In this document: positions 20,562-28,297 of the stretch, piece after piece | How positions within the stretch are numbered: position 1 is the first letter of the stretch | Layout: every line of letters starts with the position of its first letter | From: Mammaliicoccus sp. Dog046 | GTDB lineage: Bacteria; Bacillota; Bacilli; Staphylococcales; Staphylococcaceae | Direction: 5' to 3' | NCBI RefSeq assembly: GCF_034039665.1 | Contig: NZ_CP120131.1 | Location: 1,008,446 to 1,040,445, forward strand | Length of the DNA: 32,000 nt | Program-made: the position numbers and the translations under genes | Notes under the pieces: model-generated | What the model was told of the DNA's origin: nothing | Database searches by the model: none | Seen by the model: the letters and a program-made list of their open reading frames with translations, nothing else

Positions 20562-21551
20562 ATGACTGTAACTATATATGATGTTGCAAGAGAGGCTAAA
20601 GTATCTATGGCAACTGTGTCACGTGTTGTTAACGGTAATCAGAACGTAAAACCGTCAACTCGTGATAAAGTAAATGAAGTAATTAAGAGATTGAATTATA
20701 GACCTAATGCGGTCGCAAGAGGATTAGCAAGTAAGAAGACGACAACTGTCGGAGTAATTATTCCGGATATATCAAATGTTTATTATTCTGAATTGGCACG
20801 TGGTTTAGAAGACATTGCGACAATGTACAAATACCATACAATTATTTCTAATTCTGATAACGATAGTGAAAAAGAACAAGAAATTTTTAATAATTTATTA
20901 AGTAAACAAGTTGATGGTATCATTTTCTTAGGTGGTACTTTGACTGATGAAACAGTTGAATTAATTGATAAATCATCTGTACCGGTTGTTGTTTCAGGTA
21001 CAAATGACAAAGATTCAAAATTAGCATCAGTAAACATTAATTATACAGAAGCAAGTAAAGAAATTGCTGAAAACTTAATTAAAAAAGGTGCTAAGAAATT
21101 TGCATTTGTCGGTGGTGGCTATTCAGAGAAAGCACAAGACGATGCAATTAAAGGATTAGAAATTGCGCTAAATGAAGCAAATCTTTCTATAGATGATAAT
21201 GCTAAATTTGTTGGAAACGAAACGTATAAAGATGGTAGTCGTGCATACGATGCAATTTCTAAATCACAACCGGACGCTATTTTATGTATTAGTGATGAAC
21301 AAGCGATTGGTATTGTACACGCAGCACAAGATGTAGGCATTAAAATTCCAGAAGAGTTACAAGTCGTAAGTTTTAATAATACAAGATTAGTTCATATGGT
21401 TAGACCACAATTATCAAGTGTAACGCAACCACTTTATGATATTGGGGCAGTTGGTATGAGATTACTAACGAAATATATGAATGATGAACAAATAGATGAA
21501 CCAAATGTTATCCTCCCATATCGTTTAGAATATAGAGGAACAACGAAATAA
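20562..21551 (+). CDS. ccpA: Catabolite control protein A (LacI/GalR family)
   Basis: [71 protein letters not shown]. Confidence 0.97.
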   Translation: MTVTIYDVAREAKVSMATVSRVVNGNQNVKPSTRDKVNEVIKRLNYRPNAVARGLASKKTTTVGVIIPDISNVYYSELARGLEDIATMYKYHTIISNSDNDSEKEQEIFNNLLSKQVDGIIFLGGTLTDETVELIDKSSVPVVVSGTNDKDSKLASVNINYTEASKEIAENLIKKGAKKFAFVGGGYSEKAQDDAIKGLEIALNEANLSIDDNAKFVGNETYKDGSRAYDAISKSQPDAILCISDEQAIGIVHAAQDVGIKIPEELQVVSFNNTRLVHMVRPQLSSVTQPLYDIGAVGMRLLTKYMNDEQIDEPNVILPYRLEYRGTTK

Positions 21552-21590
21552 TAAGAGGCTGGGACATAATTAATGTCTCAGCCTCTTATT
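21550..21590. terminator. Bidirectional terminator between convergent ccpA and acuC
   Basis: AATAAGAGGCTGGGACAT-AATTA-ATGTCTCAGCCTCTTATT, 18-bp stem with one G.U pair; partly overlaps the ccpA stop codon. Confidence 0.9.
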
Positions 21591-21600
21591 ATTATTGAAT

Positions 21601-22746
21601 TTATTTAAACCATTCTAGAATTCGATGTTTCGTGTTGTTATTTTTTTCGGATATTTCTTTTTGACGAGGTATTTCCATATAATCATCTAATTCGTCAGTC
21701 CATGTTTCTGGTAATGGAACTGGAGCTTGTGATTGGTATTTTTCAATCCAACTCTTTGGTATTGGTGAGTGGGGTGTTTGTAAATCATTTAAAGCAAACC
21801 AAACGTGTGACCAAGCACGTGGTACGACACGCCATATATTATAACCGCCACCGCCAATCATGATGACTTTGCCATCACAATACTTATCTGCAAGATCTTT
21901 AACGATATAAGGAATTTTATAAAGAGTATCTAAAGTGCAACTTAAGTGTGTCAGTGGATCTAAGTAATGAATATCTACGCCATTGACACTTAATATGACA
22001 TCAGGTTTATAAGATTCACAAACAGCTTCGACAGTTTCTTGGAAGACATCTAAATAGGATTCATCTTCTGTATAAGCATCTAACGGTACATTTACAGTAG
22101 TACCAAATCCTTTACCATCACCACGTTCTGTTAATGCACCTGTACCTGGAAATAAATATCTACCAGTTTCATGAATAGAGTAATTCATGACATCTTCATT
22201 TGTATAAAATGACCATTGTACGCCATCACCGTGATGTGCATCCGTATCAATATATAATACTCTTTGTTTATATTTAGATTGGATATATTGAATGGCTACG
22301 GCACTATCATTATAAATGCAAAATCCACTTGCTTTACCTTTAAATCCGTGATGTAGGCCTCCACCAAGATGGCAAGCACACGTTACTTCTCCAGACATTA
22401 CGGCATCTACAGCTGTAAGTGTGCCACCAACAACAAGTGCACTATTTTCATGCATATTAACAAATTGAGGTGTATCTTCACTCGCTAAGCCATATTTTTC
22501 ATATTCTGATTCGGGCAACGTACCTTGTCCAGCTTTTTTAATCGCTTCTATATAATTTGGCTCATGAACGAGCATCAGTTCTTCATCAGTAGCTACTCTT
22601 GGCTTTAAAATATGTTGGGTTGTTAATACACCTAAGTCCATTAATAAATCCGTTGTTAATTTTAAACGCATTTGATTAAAAGGGTGACTATCAGAAAATC
22701 GGTATCTCAATAAATCCTCTGAATAAATATATTTAACATTAGTCAT
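21601..22746 (-). CDS. acuC: Acetoin utilization protein AcuC (class I histone deacetylase-like)
   Basis: YIDTDAHHGDGVQWSFY, HLGGGLHHGFKGKASGFCIYND, GGGYNIWRVVPRAW. Confidence 0.95.
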   Translation of the reverse strand: MTNVKYIYSEDLLRYRFSDSHPFNQMRLKLTTDLLMDLGVLTTQHILKPRVATDEELMLVHEPNYIEAIKKAGQGTLPESEYEKYGLASEDTPQFVNMHENSALVVGGTLTAVDAVMSGEVTCACHLGGGLHHGFKGKASGFCIYNDSAVAIQYIQSKYKQRVLYIDTDAHHGDGVQWSFYTNEDVMNYSIHETGRYLFPGTGALTERGDGKGFGTTVNVPLDAYTEDESYLDVFQETVEAVCESYKPDVILSVNGVDIHYLDPLTHLSCTLDTLYKIPYIVKDLADKYCDGKVIMIGGGGYNIWRVVPRAWSHVWFALNDLQTPHSPIPKSWIEKYQSQAPVPLPETWTDELDDYMEIPRQKEISEKNNNTKHRILEWFK

Positions 22747-23383
22747 GTTTCATACCAAAAGGGTGAATGACGTGATATTCTTTTTCTTCTAATAATTGAT
22801 ATATCTTTTCAGGATTCATTGATTTAATACGTAACATGAGATACCGTTTATTAATATTTTCTTGATCGGTATATGCGAGGACATTTAATATATCGATATT
22901 TTGTTCTTTAAAAATACCTGTAATATCATGAAGCGCACCAACTTTGTCATCAATATGTACTTCAATAATTGATCCTGGCATCGTTACACCCGTTAATTCT
23001 AGAAAAGTATTTAGCATGTCTTTTTGAGTGACAATGCCGATGACTTTATTGTCTCTAATTACAGGTATGGAACCGATAGACATTTCATAGAAGTCGATTG
23101 CAATATCTTCAACAAAATCAAGCGGATGACATCTAATTACATTTCTTCTCATAATTTTAGAAATGGATAAAGATAAACTTTGGTTCGGATCATCATCTGA
23201 AAGTATACTTGGTAATGCCATTTTAATATCTCTATCTGAAATAATACCAAGTAGTTGATCGTGTTCATCAACGATAGGTAAGTGTCTAATTTCTTTTTGG
23301 GTCATAAGTACGAGTGCATCTTCAATCGATTTGTCACCTCTTATCGTTGTACAAGGTGATGTCATAATTTTTTCAACTAACAT
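22739..23383 (-). CDS. CBS (plus ACT-like) domain protein, AcuB-like
   Basis: Two CBS repeats (HLPIVDEHDQLLGIISDRDIK; IPVIRDNKVIGIVTQKDML) and a C-terminal ACT-like segment; between acuC and acuA. Confidence 0.88.
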   Translation of the reverse strand: MLVEKIMTSPCTTIRGDKSIEDALVLMTQKEIRHLPIVDEHDQLLGIISDRDIKMALPSILSDDDPNQSLSLSISKIMRRNVIRCHPLDFVEDIAIDFYEMSIGSIPVIRDNKVIGIVTQKDMLNTFLELTGVTMPGSIIEVHIDDKVGALHDITGIFKEQNIDILNVLAYTDQENINKRYLMLRIKSMNPEKIYQLLEEKEYHVIHPFGMKHD

Positions 23384-23393
23384 ATTTAACCTC

Positions 23394-24032
23394 CTAAAAG
23401 AAAAATCGATTCATAAATCTTAATTGATCAAAAGCTTCCATTTGTTCTTGTGTAATATTTTTACCAATTCTGGCCATTAAACTGTTTGCTGGATGACTGA
23501 TGATTTCTGGATCATCTGTAGCAAATACTTCAAGTCCACCTTTGGCCATCATTTTATGCATGATTTTTTGATATTCATATACATCGAGACCGCTATTTTT
23601 CAAATCCCAATGCCAATAGTATTCGGTTGTAATGACGATGAAATCTTCCATTTCAGGTGCTTGCATCGCAAGTTTTAACATCTTGTTTCCTAAACCATAT
23701 TTACGGTAATTTAATGAAAGTTCTATGGCGCCTAACTCTAGAATGTACGGTAAGTTACCATCTGACCAACGTTCAAGTGGGTCAGGGTACAAATATGTTG
23801 TATATCCAATGATATGATTATCAATACGAGCAACAATAATTCTTCCTTCAGGTAACTCAGCGATTTCTATGATTGCCTCGAATTGTTCTTCAGGGACTCG
23901 GAAACTATTCAGTCCTTCATCAAAAGTCATTTGCCTCAAAGTGTGAGCATCAACTGGGCCTTCAATTGTGATTGTTACATCATTTGAATATGTAATCTCC
24001 TCAGTGATAAATGTCTTTTTGTAATTCAACAT
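23394..24032 (-). CDS. acuA: GNAT acetyltransferase AcuA
   Basis: GNAT fold segments (EGRIIVARIDNHIIGYTTYLYP; YRKYGLGNKMLKLAM). The track start is 24092, but the M at 24032 follows GAGAGGAGG. Confidence 0.88.
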   Translation of the reverse strand: MLNYKKTFITEEITYSNDVTITIEGPVDAHTLRQMTFDEGLNSFRVPEEQFEAIIEIAELPEGRIIVARIDNHIIGYTTYLYPDPLERWSDGNLPYILELGAIELSLNYRKYGLGNKMLKLAMQAPEMEDFIVITTEYYWHWDLKNSGLDVYEYQKIMHKMMAKGGLEVFATDDPEIISHPANSLMARIGKNITQEQMEAFDQLRFMNRFFF

Positions 24033-24098
24033 TGTACCTCCTCTCATAAAGTATGCTATCCTTAAATTGCAAAGTTTATTTTGAATAATCAAATTTTT

Positions 24099-24128
24099 TT
24101 GAAAAGTATCGTATACTTATATTATAAT
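24099..24128 (+). promoter_or_regulatory. Putative sigma-A promoter for acsA
   Basis: TTGAAA (24099-24104), 18-bp spacer, TATAAT (24123-24128). Confidence 0.65.
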
Positions 24129-24143
24129 GGAATTAGGCTTTAT

Positions 24144-24159
24144 AGGAAAACGATTACAT
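24144..24159 (+). promoter_or_regulatory. Putative cre site downstream of the acsA promoter
   Basis: AGGAAAACGATTACAT versus WTGNNARCGNWWWCAW: one mismatch; about 16 bp past the -10. Confidence 0.65.
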
Positions 24160-24180
24160 TATTTAAAAGGGGAGATTTAA

Positions 24181-25893
24181 ATGAAAGTCGAATTATACGA
24201 AGCGCTAAACGAAAACTATAACCTTCCAAACTATGAGGACGCAGTAAAAGATCATAGTTGGGAAGACATTGAAAAAGCATTCAGTTGGAGTGAAACTGGC
24301 AAGATTAATATGGCCTATGAATGTATAGATCGACATGTTGACGATGGTAAAGGGGACAAGACCGCATTACATTATAAAGATGCAAATCGACAAGATAGTT
24401 ATACGTTTAAAGATTTACAGCTCGCAAGTAATAAAGCCGCAAATGTTTTAAAGAATGATGCGAAAGTAGAAAAGGGCGATAGAGTATTTATATTTATGCC
24501 AAGAACGCCAGAATTGTACTTTGCATTATTGGGCACATTGAAAATCGGTGCAATCGTTGGACCATTATTTGAAGCCTTTATGGAAAAAGCAGTGAAAGAT
24601 AGACTAGAAAACAGTGAAGCGAAAGTCATCATCACAACGAATGATTTAGTTGGAAGAATACCTAAAGATGAACTGCCAAATTTAGAACATATCGTTATCG
24701 TTGATGATGAAGTAAGCGAAGAATATATAGATTTTAATAAACAATATGAAAGTGCGAGTGAGCAATTTGATATTGAATGGTTAGATAAAGAAGATGGTTT
24801 AATCTTACATTACACTTCAGGATCTACTGGTCAACCTAAAGGTGTACTACATGTTCAAGAAGCTATGCTTGTACATTATATTTCAGGTAAGTATGTATTA
24901 GACTTTAAAGAAGATGACGTTTATTGGTGTACTGCCGATCCAGGTTGGGTAACGGGGACATCATACGGTATATTTAGCCCATGGTTAAATGGTGTAACAA
25001 ATTGTATCGCAGGTGGACGTTTTTCTCCTGAAGGATGGTATGACTTTATTCAAACTTATAATGTTACAGTTTGGTATACAGCGCCAACAGCACTTAGAAT
25101 GTTAATGGGTGCTGGTGATGATATCGTTGAAAAATATGATTTATCATCATTAAGACATGTATTATCTGTTGGTGAGCCATTGAATCCAGAAGTAATTAAA
25201 TGGGCACATCAAGTATTTGAACATCGTGTACATGACACATGGTGGATGACTGAAACTGGTGGACATATGATTGTTAATTATCCTTCAATGGATATTAGAG
25301 CTGGATCTATGGGTAAACCATTACCAGGGATTGAAGCAGCAATTGTGGATGATCAAGGTAATGAACTCCCAGCAAATAGAATGGGTAATTTAGCATTGAA
25401 AAAAGGATGGCCATCAATGATGAGAACCATTTGGAATAATCAACCTAAATTTGATTCATATTTCATCAATGATGAATGGTATGTTTCAGGTGATTCAGCT
25501 TATAAAGATGAAGATGGTTACTATTGGTTCCAAGGTAGAGTTGATGATGTAATCATGACTGCCGGTGAACGTGTAGGACCATTTGAAGTGGAATCTAAAT
25601 TAGTTGAGCATCCTGCTGTTGCAGAAGCGGGTGTTATTGGTAAGCCTGACCCTGTAAGAGGAGAAATTATTAAAGCATTTATCGCAGTAAGATCTGGATA
25701 TGAACCATCAGATGAATTAAAAGAAGAAATTCGTAAATTCGTTAAAGAGGGATTAGCGGCACATGCAGCACCTCGTGAAATTGAGTTCAAAGATAAATTA
25801 CCTAAAACACGTTCAGGTAAAATTATGAGACGTGTCTTAAAAGCTTGGGAATTAGATTTACCAGCTGGAGATTTATCTACTTTAGAAGACTAA
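24181..25893 (+). CDS. acsA: Acetyl-CoA synthetase (acetate--CoA ligase)
   Basis: YTSGSTGQPKGVLH, WWMTETGGHMI, C-terminal LPKTRSGKIMRRVLKAW with the conserved acylation lysine. Confidence 0.96.
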   Translation: MKVELYEALNENYNLPNYEDAVKDHSWEDIEKAFSWSETGKINMAYECIDRHVDDGKGDKTALHYKDANRQDSYTFKDLQLASNKAANVLKNDAKVEKGDRVFIFMPRTPELYFALLGTLKIGAIVGPLFEAFMEKAVKDRLENSEAKVIITTNDLVGRIPKDELPNLEHIVIVDDEVSEEYIDFNKQYESASEQFDIEWLDKEDGLILHYTSGSTGQPKGVLHVQEAMLVHYISGKYVLDFKEDDVYWCTADPGWVTGTSYGIFSPWLNGVTNCIAGGRFSPEGWYDFIQTYNVTVWYTAPTALRMLMGAGDDIVEKYDLSSLRHVLSVGEPLNPEVIKWAHQVFEHRVHDTWWMTETGGHMIVNYPSMDIRAGSMGKPLPGIEAAIVDDQGNELPANRMGNLALKKGWPSMMRTIWNNQPKFDSYFINDEWYVSGDSAYKDEDGYYWFQGRVDDVIMTAGERVGPFEVESKLVEHPAVAEAGVIGKPDPVRGEIIKAFIAVRSGYEPSDELKEEIRKFVKEGLAAHAAPREIEFKDKLPKTRSGKIMRRVLKAWELDLPAGDLSTLED

Positions 25894-25932
25894 AAATGAT
25901 TAAACAAAACATATGATAATGTTAAAGGAGGA

Positions 25933-25971
25933 GGCTGAAATCTTATATTAAATGAGATTTTAGCCTTTTTT
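25933..25971 (+). terminator. Intrinsic terminator downstream of acsA
   Basis: GGCTGAAATCT...AGATTTTAGCC then TTTTTT (one G.U pair). Confidence 0.85.
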
Positions 25972-26117
25972 TACATCTTTTATGAAAGCGGTTAAATTAT
26001 TTGCTGATATTTACATATAATGTATCGACAATTCTCATAGAGTTGTATATTCTAAAGTTGTTGGGTTATGTAATAGTGACACATCATTTGTGATATAAAT
26101 TTAAGGAGTGAACAATA

Positions 26118-27785
26118 TTGAGTCATTTATCAGATTTAGAAATTGCAAAACAAAGTACTTTAAAACCTATAGGAGAAATCGCGGAAAAGGTAGGTATACC
26201 TCATGATGCACTAGAACCTTATGGGCATTATAAAGGAAAAGTTGATATTACAAAATTACAAAATGTAAAAGAAAAAGGAAAAGTTGTTTTAGTGACTGCA
26301 TTAAGTCCAACACCAGCTGGAGAAGGTAAATCCACAGTTACAGTTGGATTAGCAGATGCGTTTAACCAATTAAAACAGAATGTTATGGTTGCTTTGCGAG
26401 AACCATCTCTTGGTCCTGTTTTTGGTATGAAAGGTGGCGCAACAGGTGGTGGTTATGCTCAAGTATTGCCAATGGAAGAAATTAATTTACATTTTAATGG
26501 TGATTTACATGCGATAACAACAGCAAACAATGCACTTTCAGCTTTTATTGATAACCATATTTATCAAGGAAATGAATTGAATATAGATTCACGTCGTGTT
26601 ACATGGAAACGTGTATTGGATATGAATGATAGAGAACTTAGACAAGTCGTTGTAGGACTAGGTGGACCAATGAGAGGTGTTCCTAGAGAAGACGGATTTG
26701 ATATTACAGTTGCGTCAGAAATCATGGCTGTATTTTGCTTATCAAATGACATTAAAGATTTAAAGGAAAATTTAGCGAACATTACGGTTGGTTATACTGT
26801 AGATAAAAAACCAGTTACAGTAAGAGACTTAAAAGTAGAGGGTGCGTTAACACTCATACTTAAAGATGCAATTAAGCCAAATATCGTTCAAACAATTGAA
26901 GGAACACCAGCTTTAGTTCACGGTGGACCATTTGCGAATATTGCACACGGATGCAATTCAATTATAGCTACGAATACTGCTAGAAAATTAGCTGATATTG
27001 TCGTTACTGAAAGTGGATTTGGTTCAGATTTAGGTGCTGAGAAATTTTTAAATATTAAAACGAGAAAAGCAGGGTTTGATCCAAGTGCTGTAGTTATCGT
27101 TGTGACAATAAGAGCCTTGAAAATGCACGGTGGCGTGGACAAGCAATCGTTACAACAAGAGAATGTTCAAGCAGTGGAGAAAGGTATCGTCAATTTAGAA
27201 AGACACGTACATAACATTAAACAATTTGGTGTAGAACCAGTCGTTGCAATCAATGCATTTATACATGATACAGATGCAGAAGTACAATTTGTGTTAGATT
27301 GGTGTAAGAAAAATGGTGTTAGAGTCGCGTTAACAGAAGTTTGGGAGAAAGGCGGCAAAGGTGGTGTGGCACTAGCTGAAGAAGTATTAAAAGTACTAGA
27401 TGAACCACAACAATTCGAACATCTTTATGATTTAGAACTGCCTATAGAAGATAAAATCAAAACAATTGTACAAAAGGTATATGGTGGGAAATCAGTAACA
27501 TTTAGTGATGCTGCTACGAAACAACTTAAAACAATAAAAGAAAATGGTTGGGATAAGTATCCAGTATGTATGGCTAAAACACAATATTCATTTACAGATG
27601 ATCCTAAGCAATTAGGCGCACCACAAGACTTTGATATTACGATTAGAGAATTATCACCTAGAACAGGTGCTGGATTTATCGTCGCATTAACAGGAGACAT
27701 TATGACTATGCCAGGTTTACCTAAGAAACCGGCAGCATTAAATATGGATGTTAAAGAAGACGGGTCAGTTGAAGGATTGTTCTAG
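26118..27785 (+). CDS. fhs: Formate--tetrahydrofolate ligase
   Basis: [65 protein letters not shown]. Confidence 0.97.
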   Translation: MSHLSDLEIAKQSTLKPIGEIAEKVGIPHDALEPYGHYKGKVDITKLQNVKEKGKVVLVTALSPTPAGEGKSTVTVGLADAFNQLKQNVMVALREPSLGPVFGMKGGATGGGYAQVLPMEEINLHFNGDLHAITTANNALSAFIDNHIYQGNELNIDSRRVTWKRVLDMNDRELRQVVVGLGGPMRGVPREDGFDITVASEIMAVFCLSNDIKDLKENLANITVGYTVDKKPVTVRDLKVEGALTLILKDAIKPNIVQTIEGTPALVHGGPFANIAHGCNSIIATNTARKLADIVVTESGFGSDLGAEKFLNIKTRKAGFDPSAVVIVVTIRALKMHGGVDKQSLQQENVQAVEKGIVNLERHVHNIKQFGVEPVVAINAFIHDTDAEVQFVLDWCKKNGVRVALTEVWEKGGKGGVALAEEVLKVLDEPQQFEHLYDLELPIEDKIKTIVQKVYGGKSVTFSDAATKQLKTIKENGWDKYPVCMAKTQYSFTDDPKQLGAPQDFDITIRELSPRTGAGFIVALTGDIMTMPGLPKKPAALNMDVKEDGSVEGLF

Positions 27786-27809
27786 AATAAAATATAAATA
27801 CAGTTTCAG

Positions 27810-27846
27810 ATTGCCGATAAAGTTATATACTTTGTTGGCAATTTTT
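27810..27846 (+). terminator. Intrinsic terminator downstream of fhs
   Basis: ATTGCC...AAAG-TTATATA-CTTT...GGCAAT followed by TTTT. Confidence 0.7.
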
Positions 27847-28008
27847 ATGTGCATACATTTTGCGCAGGAGTTAGTGGGAAAATGCTTGAGATATATGGCT
27901 AACGAGATAGTTCTAGGAAACAATCCTGTTAAAAAATCTAACGAGATAGAAAGTGAAAACAATCTCGTTAGAAGGTATTTTACAGGAAAATAGAGCTAGA
28001 GTAGCATC

Positions 28009-28213
28009 GAACATTGCAAGTGGAGGTCGACATGCAACATTGGGGCGCTGAACATTGCAAGTGGAGGCTGACAAGCAACATTGGGGCGCTGAACATTGCA
28101 AGTGGAGGCTGACAAGCAACATTGGGGCGCTGAACATTGCAAGTGGAGGTCGACAAGCAACATTGGGAAATTGAAAATTGCAAGTGGAGGTCGACAAGCA
28201 ACATTAGAGGATA
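28009..28213. repeat. 41-bp tandem array, five units
   Basis: Units start at 28009, 28050, 28091, 28132 and 28173 (period exactly 41). Consensus GAACATTGCAAGTGGAGG(TC/CT)GACAAGCAACATTGGGGCGCT, with the last units diverged. Confidence 0.95.
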
Positions 28214-28225
28214 CTGAAATTAAAA

Positions 28226-28267
28226 AAATCGGGCTGATGAGAATAATATTTCTCATCAGCCCGATTT
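28226..28267. terminator. Terminator hairpin downstream of the class A PBP gene; could serve both strands
   Basis: AAATCGGGCTGATGAGAA-TAATAT-TTCTCATCAGCCCGATTT, perfect 18-bp stem. Confidence 0.9.
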
Positions 28268-28297
28268 GTTATTGAAAATATTTAGTTTTAATGTTCG

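Noticed and set aside
24399-24635. Antisense ORF inside acsA, and similar antisense ORFs inside ccpA, aroA, fhs, the PBP gene and tyrS
   Set aside because: Each lies wholly inside a strongly supported gene on the opposite strand and has no recognisable domain or SD.
28009-28213. CRISPR array
   Set aside because: Units are contiguous tandem repeats with no variable spacers of normal length, and no cas genes are nearby.
27748-28256. Short ORFs across the fhs 3' end and the 41-bp array (27748-27993, 27765-27962, 27913-28197, 27980-28204, 27996-28256)
   Set aside because: The Cys/Leu/Gln-rich repeated peptides arise because 41 is not a multiple of 3, so the repeat cycles through frames without stops. 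There is no SD or start context, and several ORFs overlap in different frames.
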